This document shows positions 56,178 to 64,000 of a stretch of DNA of 64,000 nt, piece after piece. A program made the position numbers and the translations under genes. Every line of letters begins with the position of its first letter. Positions within the stretch are counted from its first letter, which is position 1. This DNA is from Chloroherpetonaceae bacterium (lineage in GTDB: Bacteria; Bacteroidota; Chlorobiia; Chlorobiales; Thermochlorobacteraceae), in contig JANWWA010000006.1 in assembly GCA_025056565.1 (NCBI GenBank), positions 48,102 to 112,101 of the forward strand, in the 5' to 3' direction. A model generated the notes under the pieces. The model saw only the letters and a list, made by a program, of their open reading frames with translations. It made no database searches and was not told the DNA's origin.

Positions 56178-56981
56178 ATGAAGCATACTTGCTTACCACT
56201 AAGCCACACCTTTCTGATTTGCATCACACTTTTAATGCTTTCTCTCTTGGGCTGTGAGAAGCCGACCGTTAGCCCTGACCCTTTGGAGAACACTGCGAAT
56301 GTGCGCGTCTTGCACTTTTCTCCGGGCGCGCCAGCAGTTAATTTGCAAATTAATGGTCGTCGCCCGACCGTTGCTCCAGGCGCCACTTTTCCTGACACGA
56401 TTCGCTACTTGGACAGCCGCCCCTACTACAATGTGCCTGCCGGACCTGTTACGGTCTCTTTGACGAGCGCGCCGACCTTTGCTATTCCGAATCCACCTTC
56501 GCTGTCGCTCAGCACCACCATTCAGGCTGAGCGCAATCAGGCGCGTTACACTGTCACTCTGACGGATACTTTTCCGCGCACCACGCTTACGGTCTATCGT
56601 GATACCTCGGTTGCCCCTACCTTTGAGACGATTCCACCTGGGCGTTCACTTGTACGGGTTGTGCATCTTTCGCCAAATGCGCCGACTGTCCGCCCCGTTC
56701 TTCGTGTGATTACAGGCGGCACAGATAGCGTGCGCACTTTTTCTGACCTCTCATTTCGACAAGCCTCAAGCTACCTGCTCATCAATGCTGGCTCTGGCAC
56801 TTTGCAGCTTTTAAATCCTGCGACACAAGCCCCGATTACATCGTTCAGTGCAGCTGTGCCAGGTCCCGCATTAGGCTCTGCTTCTCCGACACCTGGCTTT
56901 ATTTACACGATTTACATTCGTGGGCTGGTGGGCGTTACAGGCACGAATGCTTTGGGCGTAACGGTCGTAAGAGACAACTAA
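56178..56981 (+). CDS. DUF4397 domain-containing lipoprotein
   Basis: ATG 56178 preferred (MKHTCLPLSHTFLICITLLMLSLLGC, lipobox LLGC). Two DUF4397-like repeats (VRVLHFSPGAPAVNLQINGR...YYNVPAGPVTVSL and VRVVHLSPNAPTVRPVL...YLLINAGSGTLQL). Confidence 0.8.
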   Translation: MKHTCLPLSHTFLICITLLMLSLLGCEKPTVSPDPLENTANVRVLHFSPGAPAVNLQINGRRPTVAPGATFPDTIRYLDSRPYYNVPAGPVTVSLTSAPTFAIPNPPSLSLSTTIQAERNQARYTVTLTDTFPRTTLTVYRDTSVAPTFETIPPGRSLVRVVHLSPNAPTVRPVLRVITGGTDSVRTFSDLSFRQASSYLLINAGSGTLQLLNPATQAPITSFSAAVPGPALGSASPTPGFIYTIYIRGLVGVTGTNALGVTVVRDN

Positions 56982-57086
56982 GCCAGAAAGAAGCAAGGCG
57001 CAAGCCAATGCACTGCACCACAGCTTTTCCTACTTGGCTTACTCTTAGGTGTGCTTACACGGTGCAATTAGTCAAGCTGAGTGTGT

Positions 57087-57118
57087 GGGTGAGTTTACCT
57101 CACCCTTCATTTTTCTTT
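57087..57118 (+). terminator. Rho-independent terminator after the DUF4397 gene
   Basis: GGGTGAG (57087-57093) / CTCACCC (57099-57105) with a 5-nt loop, followed by TTCATTTTTCTTT. Confidence 0.55.
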
Positions 57119-57234
57119 CAAAAGAGAGAAGATGCCCCTTAATTTCTTAGTGGCAACCTTCTCTGGGGCTATGCACTGCCAAATTTTTCTGTAACTTAGG
57201 TTTTCAAAACTTAACTTGACTAACACACCCTAAG

Positions 57235-58572
57235 ATGGCAAGAATTTCAGCTCTGACACTTTTTGCGCTTTGGGCGCTGGCTTCTATGTGTGCTTGGGCA
57301 CAAGACCGCTATGTTGAAATTGTGCAGCGCTACGGTCGCCCACAGTTTTACTTAGAGACCGCAATGTTTCCCACTGCTTCGCCAGACTCTATGCGACTGG
57401 TGGTGCATATGAAAATTTCATATGACAATGCTTTCTTTGTGAAGCGCCCTGATGGCAAGTTCAGTGCAGAACTTAACTTCTCCACTGAGGCACTTTCTCG
57501 CCAAGTTTCCGTAGCGCGGCGTAGCGCCAAGCGTCTTATTGTGGTTGACAGCTTTGCTACTACCAAAGACCGCTCACTTTTCGTTGAGGCTACTTTTGAC
57601 CTCACGCTCAAGGCAGGTGAGTATGAGCTTTTCTCCGAGATTTACAGCGATGAAATTCAGAAGCAGATTCGCTTTGACCGTCGTAGCATTGCGCCGAAGC
57701 CTAAGAAAGTCGTGCAAGTGTCTGATGTAGTAATGGTTTATCGCCCTGAGCTTAAAAGAGAGCCGCTGCGCTTTAAGCTCTTGGGTGCAGCTGGCAACGG
57801 CATTTTTGGTCGTGATTATGTGGGGCTTGTTGAAATTATCTCGCCCCAGCCTATTGATGAACTAAGTTGGGAGCTTTTTGAAAAGCAAGGTCAGAAAGAA
57901 AAGTCCATTGAAAAAAAGACTGTGCCCAAAGAGGCAATTTTTGCGGTTCGCAGCCTTGATGTCAATTCAGATGAGAAACAAGAGTATTCACTTTCGGCTG
58001 CGCGCCTTGAGCGCTCGGTGCGCTACCTTGCGATACTGGACTTTCAGGCTGAAAAATTAGCGAACACGCGCTTTGTGCTTAAACTTACAGCACGTGCTGG
58101 CAAAGAAGTAACGGAAACCACCAAAGAGTTTGAAAATGCTTGGATTGATATTCCTTTTGGACTCTACGACATCACGCTTGCGATTCGCTTAATGGAATAC
58201 ATTTTGAAGCCAGAAGAGCTAAGCGAAATGCAAAGTGGCTCGGCTGAGGAGCAACGCAAAAAGTTTTTGGACTACTGGAAAAAGCGAGACCCGACACCAG
58301 AGACAGAGTTTAATGAACTGATGGCTGAATACTTCCGCCGTGTCGATTACGCCTTTTTCAATTTCTACACGCCCCGTGAATTTGGCTGGCGTACAGATCG
58401 CGGCAAAACTTACATTCTCTACGGCGAGCCATCCAGCATCACGCGTGAATTTCCGATTAACCGCCCTACGCAGGAAATTTGGACTTACAACGAAATTAAA
58501 AAGCGATTTATTTTTGCAGACCGAAACAATACAGGAAACTACGAGCGCATTGCCGTAGAAGACCTGCCGTAA
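57235..58572 (+). CDS. GWxTD domain-containing protein
   Basis: 445 aa. Signal peptide (LTLFALWALASMCAWAQ). C-terminal FLDYWKKRDPTP...EYFRRVDYAFFNF...GWRTDRGKTYILYGEP matches the GWxTD signature. Confidence 0.85.
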   Translation: MARISALTLFALWALASMCAWAQDRYVEIVQRYGRPQFYLETAMFPTASPDSMRLVVHMKISYDNAFFVKRPDGKFSAELNFSTEALSRQVSVARRSAKRLIVVDSFATTKDRSLFVEATFDLTLKAGEYELFSEIYSDEIQKQIRFDRRSIAPKPKKVVQVSDVVMVYRPELKREPLRFKLLGAAGNGIFGRDYVGLVEIISPQPIDELSWELFEKQGQKEKSIEKKTVPKEAIFAVRSLDVNSDEKQEYSLSAARLERSVRYLAILDFQAEKLANTRFVLKLTARAGKEVTETTKEFENAWIDIPFGLYDITLAIRLMEYILKPEELSEMQSGSAEEQRKKFLDYWKKRDPTPETEFNELMAEYFRRVDYAFFNFYTPREFGWRTDRGKTYILYGEPSSITREFPINRPTQEIWTYNEIKKRFIFADRNNTGNYERIAVEDLP

Positions 58573-58593
58573 CCTAACATTTTTGCAGTATCC

Positions 58594-59106
58594 ATGACTG
58601 AAGTATTTGTCTATCCACAAACCCAACCTTCTCTTTGGTTGGAACACTATGCTACGATTACATGGCTGCTCTCAATGTTGTTTCTTGCCATCGTGTGGGC
58701 TATTTTCTTTCGATATGGCAATTTCCGATACGGTATCGACGTTGGCTGCTTAGTTAAAACCGTGCTGATTATTCTTGCCACGACTATTGCTTTCGGTGCC
58801 CCCTTGATGTATAACACCAAGTTTTACGCCGAACACGGACATGAGGGCGACAAAATCGTGCTAAGCGAAAACGAAATCATCTATGAGACACGGAGCGGCA
58901 AACGTAAAGCATTGCGCTACAGCGACATTCAGCGCATCTACCGCGAGCCTCTCACCTATAACCCACCCAAGAGCTACCACATCATTGGGCTTATTGATTC
59001 TATCCGCGTTGACTCCATCAGTGTCAAGGAAAACTTGCCTGACTTTGAACGATTTTTGCAGCGCATCTCTGAAAAAACCAAGCGCCCGATTGAACGCTCA
59101 ATTTAA
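58594..59106 (+). CDS. hypothetical membrane protein (170 aa)
   Basis: Two or three N-terminal TM helices and a soluble C-terminal domain of about 80 aa. No family recognised. Confidence 0.5.
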   Translation: MTEVFVYPQTQPSLWLEHYATITWLLSMLFLAIVWAIFFRYGNFRYGIDVGCLVKTVLIILATTIAFGAPLMYNTKFYAEHGHEGDKIVLSENEIIYETRSGKRKALRYSDIQRIYREPLTYNPPKSYHIIGLIDSIRVDSISVKENLPDFERFLQRISEKTKRPIERSI

Positions 59107-59117
59107 CTTCGCTAATT

Positions 59118-59894
59118 GTGCTAAACACGCACCGCATTGAGCAAGCACTTAGCCAGACTCGGCGTCTTGGGAAAGTGCTCTACTACTTTGAGCAATTAGA
59201 CTCCACAAATAGCGAGATTTTTCGTGCCACGCACTTACCAGAAGGTGCAGTCATCCTTGCCGAATTTCAGACAGCTGGCAGAGGGCGTGCCGGCAAAGTG
59301 TGGCACTCCCCTATGGGCGAAAACTTGCTCTTTTCAGTGCTGCTTCGCCCAGCTTGCGAGACCAAGTGGCTGGGCTTGCTTTCTATTATGGCATCGGAAG
59401 CGATTGCAGAAACTGCAGAATTTCTCACAACTTGCACAGCGACGGTCAAGTATCCCAATGATGTGTATGTTAGTGGGAAAAAGCTCGCTGGGGTTCTTGT
59501 AGAAACCCGCACGCAAGGTCTCCGTGCGCCAACTGTTGCACTTGGCATTGGTCTCAATGTCAATCAAACTGCCTTTGAAGGTGAGCTGAGCGAGCGCGCC
59601 ACTTCTTTGCGCTTGATTGCACAAAGAGAACTTGACCGCGCTGCTGTGCTGACTTACTTGCTTCAGTGCCTCGATGCACGCTACGACGAGTTCATTCAAG
59701 GCAGAGCAGAACTTTTTTTAGAGCGTTGGAAAGCCCGATGCCAGATTATTGGCAAAGAAGTTTCATTTCGCTATGCCAATGCAGAGCTTTCGGGCAAAGT
59801 GGTCGCTATTGATGAGCAAGGCTGCCTTTGGATTGAATCCAACACTCAACGCATTTGCTATGCACCGACCGACATCAGCTACGTCCGATACTGA
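59118..59894 (+). CDS. birA: biotin--[acetyl-CoA-carboxylase] ligase (group I, no HTH)
   Basis: 258 aa with a GTG start. Signature EFQTAGRGRAGKVWHSPMGENLLFSVLL (GRGRxGxxWxSPxG). KYPNDVYVSGKKLAGVLVE. Confidence 0.85.
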   Translation: MLNTHRIEQALSQTRRLGKVLYYFEQLDSTNSEIFRATHLPEGAVILAEFQTAGRGRAGKVWHSPMGENLLFSVLLRPACETKWLGLLSIMASEAIAETAEFLTTCTATVKYPNDVYVSGKKLAGVLVETRTQGLRAPTVALGIGLNVNQTAFEGELSERATSLRLIAQRELDRAAVLTYLLQCLDARYDEFIQGRAELFLERWKARCQIIGKEVSFRYANAELSGKVVAIDEQGCLWIESNTQRICYAPTDISYVRY

Positions 59895-59898
59895 TGTA

Positions 59899-60675
59899 AT
59901 GCTTGCAATTGACATCGGCAATACGCACACTCGCTTTGCGATCTTGCAGCGCGGGCTGATTGTCTGGCACAAAGCCCTTTCAACCGACTTACTGCGTTCA
60001 GCGCGTCAGGCACAGAAACTTATCAGACCAATGAGCCAAGACCTATTAGCAAAGTTTGGTCAAATTCGCCAGATTGGCGTGGCTTCAGTCGTGCCCCAAG
60101 CCAGCGCCCATCTGTTGCCAGCGGTAGAACAGGTGTTCAGCACCTCTATTCTAAACATTTCTGCTCATCTCAAACTGCCGTTTAAGATTTGCTACAAGAC
60201 ACCAGAGACGCTCGGTGCAGACCGCATCGCTTTACTGGCGTTTGCTCGTCTTCATTTTCCCAAGCAAGCTGTCATTGCTATTGATTTCGGCACCGCTATC
60301 ACTTACGACATTTTGCGTGCCAATGGAGACTATCTTGGCGGAATGATTCTGGCAGGAATGCATACTGCTGCAACTGCGCTCTCACAGCGTGCGGCGCAGC
60401 TACCGACATTCGATCTTCCATATCAGCCTCGTTTAATTGGGCGCAGCACGATTGAATGCTTACAATCTGGCACATTCTGGGGCACTGTAGCACAAACCGA
60501 TGGCTTAATTGCACGGCTTAAAGATGCCCTTCGACTTACCTATAAGGAACCTAACGTTGCAGTGCTTGCGACAGGTGGCGATGCAAAGCGGCTTGCTACG
60601 GCTGTGAAAGCTATTGACGCAGTTGAACAAGATGCTGTGCTATTTGGGATCCGCATCATTGCTGCTCACCAATGA
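59899..60675 (+). CDS. coaX: type III pantothenate kinase
   Basis: The track ORF starts at 59749 inside birA. I prefer ATG 59899 (MLAIDIGNTHTRFAIL), 4 nt after the birA stop. GADRIA, IDFGTAITYD and the C-terminal ATGGDA motifs. Confidence 0.9.
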   Translation: MLAIDIGNTHTRFAILQRGLIVWHKALSTDLLRSARQAQKLIRPMSQDLLAKFGQIRQIGVASVVPQASAHLLPAVEQVFSTSILNISAHLKLPFKICYKTPETLGADRIALLAFARLHFPKQAVIAIDFGTAITYDILRANGDYLGGMILAGMHTAATALSQRAAQLPTFDLPYQPRLIGRSTIECLQSGTFWGTVAQTDGLIARLKDALRLTYKEPNVAVLATGGDAKRLATAVKAIDAVEQDAVLFGIRIIAAHQ

Positions 60676-60715
60676 CGCTGGATTTGTCAAAGTGCCTTTG
60701 CACTCTGCTCTGTGC

Positions 60716-61591
60716 TTAGTGTGGCGGCTCGTAAATCAAGCGGAAGAAAATGCTGAGTCGCTCACTACTGCGCACAAGCGGCAGCCCTACTACAATACCG
60801 ATAAGCACATTGTCAGCAATGCCTAAGCGCATTTGTGGTCGGAACACTGCATTAAAACGCTCTCCATCGAAGTATTTGTTTATCTCCAGCCCGATGAAAT
60901 TGCGTGTCCCACGAATCATATAGTGAATGTTCGTATGCCACTCATACTCCACGCTAACTGGCACAGCTTTGAAAAACGGCTGCTCAATTCTTATGCCTGC
61001 ATAGACCATTGTGTGAAAATTATTTCCCCACCGCTTTGCGGCAATAAAGAAGGGGTTGTAGAGATTGCTTTTGAAAATCGGTCCTCTGTGAATGATATCA
61101 AGGTCGCTGAGCTCCAGCTCATTGATGTAGCCCAGTGCCATCGAGGTAGAGATTTCTTCTGAGACGAAAAAGCTCCATTGCATAGCTGCTTTTAGCGACT
61201 CGATGCGGTTTGAGGGGGCTACAATATCGGCTCGCGCTGAGTATAGCGTAACAGGGATTTCAAACTCCATGCCCAAGTGATAGAACGGTGCAAACTCATA
61301 CTCAATTAGCATCAGGTATTTGTCGTAATCCAGCCTATCTGTTAGCCCAAAACCGATGTTCCACTCAGCTTCTCCCTGCCGAGCGCCTAGGTCTCGAATC
61401 AGGTCAATAAACAGCGGCTCGGCGTGCAAGACTTTCTCACCTTCTTTCTTGTCCTCAACTTCGTAGATGTAAAGTGTATCGCGAATGGTCTTTCGGTCTA
61501 AGGTATCGAGGGGCCGTGCTGCAAGGGTGTTGGCAGCTAAAATGGAAAATGCAAAAGCCAGCCCCACTATTTGTTGCAGCGACCTTCTCAA
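60716..61591 (-). CDS. HAEPLYID-family-like protein (putative outer-membrane barrel)
   Basis: 291 aa. Signal peptide (IVGLAFAFSILAANTLAA). It contains HAEPLFID, matching the motif that names the NCBIfam HAEPLYID family as I recall it. Confidence 0.55.
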   Translation of the reverse strand: MRRSLQQIVGLAFAFSILAANTLAARPLDTLDRKTIRDTLYIYEVEDKKEGEKVLHAEPLFIDLIRDLGARQGEAEWNIGFGLTDRLDYDKYLMLIEYEFAPFYHLGMEFEIPVTLYSARADIVAPSNRIESLKAAMQWSFFVSEEISTSMALGYINELELSDLDIIHRGPIFKSNLYNPFFIAAKRWGNNFHTMVYAGIRIEQPFFKAVPVSVEYEWHTNIHYMIRGTRNFIGLEINKYFDGERFNAVFRPQMRLGIADNVLIGIVVGLPLVRSSERLSIFFRLIYEPPH

Positions 61592-61610
61592 AGCGCAATC
61601 TTGAGTGAGT

Positions 61611-62066
61611 TTAGGAAGTGTGGTCTAACACGATTTTCCAGCCTTCTGCGGTTTTTTCAAATAGCAAGGTAAAGTAACCACTTAGCGTTTGTGCCTCACC
61701 TGCCACAGTTCTGCGCACCAGAATGAATTGACCGTTCACAATTGCGTATCGCTCAGAGAGCAGTTTCACCTGTAGCCCCTCAAACCTCAGACTGCCCATT
61801 GCAGCTTGGTCAGGGTAGGCTCGCAGATACCGCTGCAAAATTTTCTCGTAGCCTTGCTCAATTCCTTTGGAGGAAATAAACCTTGTTGAGTCAGAGCGCT
61901 TGTAGCCTTGCATAAAGCCGCGTATATCCCCTCTGTTCCAATCTGCAACTTGCGCATTTAGCACGGCTAAGATTGCCTCTCTGTCACCTGTTTCCCTATC
62001 GCCCGTTTGCGCCATCGCCAGCGAATAGAGCGCAATGAACACACTCAGTATTGCAAACTGTTTCAT
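61611..62066 (-). CDS. DUF4440 / SnoaL-like (NTF2-fold) secreted protein
   Basis: 151 aa with a signal peptide. AILAVLNAQVADWNRGDIRGFMQGY ... YFTLLFEKTAEGWKIVLDHTS is typical of DUF4440. Confidence 0.7.
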   Translation of the reverse strand: MKQFAILSVFIALYSLAMAQTGDRETGDREAILAVLNAQVADWNRGDIRGFMQGYKRSDSTRFISSKGIEQGYEKILQRYLRAYPDQAAMGSLRFEGLQVKLLSERYAIVNGQFILVRRTVAGEAQTLSGYFTLLFEKTAEGWKIVLDHTS

Positions 62067-62207
62067 CGGGTTTCAAATTTTAGCCAGCGAAGATAGGGAT
62101 TAGTATGCTAAATTTGCATACCAAATTAAAGGCATTGCTACGCCGAAGAGTGCCGAACTCGGTTGGTCGACCTTATGCGTTAGAAAAAAACATCCTCAAG
62201 CTTCACG

Positions 62208-62867
62208 ATGTTTATCAAAGGCTTTGAGTGCGGACCGCTCTACACCCTTGCTTATTTGGTTAGTGACGGCCGGATGGGAGAAGATGGTTTTGCGACTGCT
62301 TGCGTGATTGACTGTTCTTACGGCTCGACGCCACTTATTCTTAGCGAAGCTCAACGGCGCGGATTCCGCATCCAAAAAATTTTAAACACGCATGGTCACT
62401 TTGACCATACCGCTGACAACTATCCATTGCAGCAAGCTACCCAAGCGCCTATCTACATTCACCCCAGCGACGAGTGGCGGCTGAAGGAGCCTTACAAAGA
62501 GCCTTTCCCTATTCCTTTTTCTATCATACCCACTGAGGCTAGTGCGCATTTGCACGATGGCGACCGCATTACAGTTGGCACTTTGCAGTTTGAGGTCATC
62601 TACACGCCTGGGCATACCTTGGGGGGTGTTTGCCTTTATGAACCTACGCACAAAGTGCTCTTTTCAGGTGATACCCTCTTTCGAGACTCTGTTGGTCGCT
62701 GGGACTTTATTGACGGCAATCTCGAGCAACTGGTTCAATCGCTTGAGCGGCTTTTGCGCTTACCTGCTGACACCAAAGTTTATCCCGGGCACGGCGAACC
62801 CACCACCATTGGTCGAGAACGGCAGCTCAATCCGTTTGTGCGTCAACTGGTTCCGTCTTTTCACTAA
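62208..62867 (+). CDS. MBL-fold metallo-hydrolase (glyoxalase II-like)
   Basis: 219 aa. HxHxDH motif as NTHGHFDHTADN. TPGHTLGGVCLY. GDTLF. PGHG. Confidence 0.85.
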   Translation: MFIKGFECGPLYTLAYLVSDGRMGEDGFATACVIDCSYGSTPLILSEAQRRGFRIQKILNTHGHFDHTADNYPLQQATQAPIYIHPSDEWRLKEPYKEPFPIPFSIIPTEASAHLHDGDRITVGTLQFEVIYTPGHTLGGVCLYEPTHKVLFSGDTLFRDSVGRWDFIDGNLEQLVQSLERLLRLPADTKVYPGHGEPTTIGRERQLNPFVRQLVPSFH

Positions 62868-62929
62868 TGTGATGGAGCGCCACCACCGTTTGCTTTACCC
62901 GAATCTGCTTTGATGGGACAGCTCAAACC

Positions 62930-64000
62930 CTAACGCACCACAAACACCAGTCCCTCGTGCGGACGCAACCGCACTGAGACACCTCCTTGCCACAACTCAA
63001 ACTGCGGGCTTTTTCTTGGGTCAGTTACGAAGACTTCAATGTGTTCGTAATCCTGAATGTGATTGAGCGCTATGGTTGGGAAGTAGCTTTCACACGGTTC
63101 TGCGGTTAGGTTGACAAAAGTCAGCGTATGCCCTGTATGTCCGCCACTCTGCCTTTCAAAGGCGATGATGCCCGCATCGCTGTAGCCTGACAGCACATGA
63201 AAATCGCCGTTAGTGATAGAGGCATTTTGGCACAGCCGCATCAAGCGATGATAAAAATCGACTGTGCTGAAGTCAACTTCTTCATTTGGACGTCGGATAA
63301 GCTGAACAGGCAATCTGGTGCGCAGTCCATCGTGTTCACCTTCGTGCAAAAGATGTGCCCCGATTGCCGTGTAGGTGAGCAGCGCAGCTGCACGATGGTT
63401 GGCGCCAAATGCTTGTGCTGCCCGCTCTTCGTTGTGATTTTCAATGAAACGAATGAGCTTCTGTTGATACCGCACCGCTCCACGCAGATGTGCCTTGATG
63501 CCCTCAATGTCTCGGCTGCGAATGCGGTCGTAGAGCCGTTTGTCATAAACAAAATCAAACCCCTGTTGCTGGAGTGCCCATTCTGTGTCCCAGTAGGCTT
63601 CTGCCACGAAAAGAAAGTGGGGGAAGTTTTCTTTAACTGCACAAATTGCTTTCTGCCAAAACTCTTCTTTCATTTCCAATCCGAAGTGCCCCCATGTGTG
63701 ATTGAAGGTATCTTTCAGGACCAGCATTGCCATACTGCAGCGCACACCATCGCACAAATTAGCCACTTTGCGCAGCACTCTGCACATTGCCTCATGCACA
63801 GCAGGATTAGCGTAGTTCAGTTGCAGCGTATCTGTCCACGCTGGAAAATAGGGGTCTTTGCCACAGGCATAGTAAAGTCCACCGTGTTCTACAAAGTCAT
63901 CAGGCATTTTTTCTGCAATGTGCGCGGGCACGGAGATGAAGAATTCGGGGTGCGTTTCAATCCACTCGCAGTCCAGTGCCAGATGATTCGGCACAAAGTC
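62930..64000 (-). CDS. GH13 alpha-amylase-family protein, 5' end beyond the window, with non-canonical catalytic residues
   Basis: The reading frame is open to the window edge (DFVPNH, GH13 region I, at 63983-64000). Region II DGVRCSMAM. Region III FVAEAYWD. Region IV FIENHNEE. AEAYWDTEWALQQQGFDFVYDKRLYDRI is typical of a GH13 subgroup. Partial gene. Confidence 0.8.
   Translation of the reverse strand, partial: DFVPNHLALDCEWIETHPEFFISVPAHIAEKMPDDFVEHGGLYYACGKDPYFPAWTDTLQLNYANPAVHEAMCRVLRKVANLCDGVRCSMAMLVLKDTFNHTWGHFGLEMKEEFWQKAICAVKENFPHFLFVAEAYWDTEWALQQQGFDFVYDKRLYDRIRSRDIEGIKAHLRGAVRYQQKLIRFIENHNEERAAQAFGANHRAAALLTYTAIGAHLLHEGEHDGLRTRLPVQLIRRPNEEVDFSTVDFYHRLMRLCQNASITNGDFHVLSGYSDAGIIAFERQSGGHTGHTLTFVNLTAEPCESYFPTIALNHIQDYEHIEVFVTDPRKSPQFELWQGGVSVRLRPHEGLVFVVR

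Noticed and set aside
62103-62121. Palindrome GTATGC-taaattt-GCATAC in the divergent region between the DUF4440 gene and the MBL hydrolase gene
   Set aside because: It is a single 6-bp-arm palindrome with no second copy and no adjacent regulator gene. That is too weak to call an operator.
1-64000. Search by eye for CRISPR arrays, tRNA/rRNA genes, IS elements, integrases, prophage genes and known defence-system genes
   Set aside because: I found no spaced direct-repeat arrays, no cloverleaf-compatible intergenic segments, and no transposase, integrase or phage-like ORFs. The only nuclease-type accessory gene is the frameshifted Uma2. tRNAscan/Infernal and defence-system HMM scans are needed for a definitive negative.

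Overview
This window reads as a gene-dense chromosomal segment of about 50 protein-coding genes. It likely comes from an FCB-group bacterium (Bacteroidota/Ignavibacteriota/Chlorobiota-like). That placement is inferred from T9SS C-terminal sorting domains, a PorV-type barrel, GWxTD, DUF4397 and HAEPLYID-type proteins, and CarboxypepD_reg-type TonB-dependent receptors. GC looks mid-range by eye and was not computed. I found no rRNA, tRNA, CRISPR array, transposase or integrase. Most content is housekeeping: a giant alpha-2-macroglobulin, iscRSUA, kamA, ybeY, hflX, tig, recR, birA, coaX, an exbB-exbD-exbD-tonB module, two sensor kinases and a dual-receiver response regulator. The best candidate for an undescribed system is the seven-gene minus-strand run at 30908-44031. 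It contains a TonB-dependent receptor with no SusD partner, a 1367-aa protein with Ca-binding-like loops and a T9SS-like C-terminal domain, a PorV/PorQ-type barrel, a CBM-like T9SS cargo protein and a MalE/F/G-type ABC importer. The run has no ATPase, hydrolase or regulator. Other notable observations: (1) a GH13-like gene at the right edge in which two of the three catalytic acids are replaced; (2) a frameshifted Uma2 nuclease with a translationally coupled small ORF sitting directly after iscA; (3) a 56-bp identical patch between otherwise diverged exbD paralogues; (4) a 17-bp tandem duplication at a gene junction; (5) Rrf2/IscR-type operator candidates; and (6) several intrinsic-terminator hairpins, one of them only about 22 nt upstream of a start codon. 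All functional calls rest on motif recognition by eye. No database search was run.
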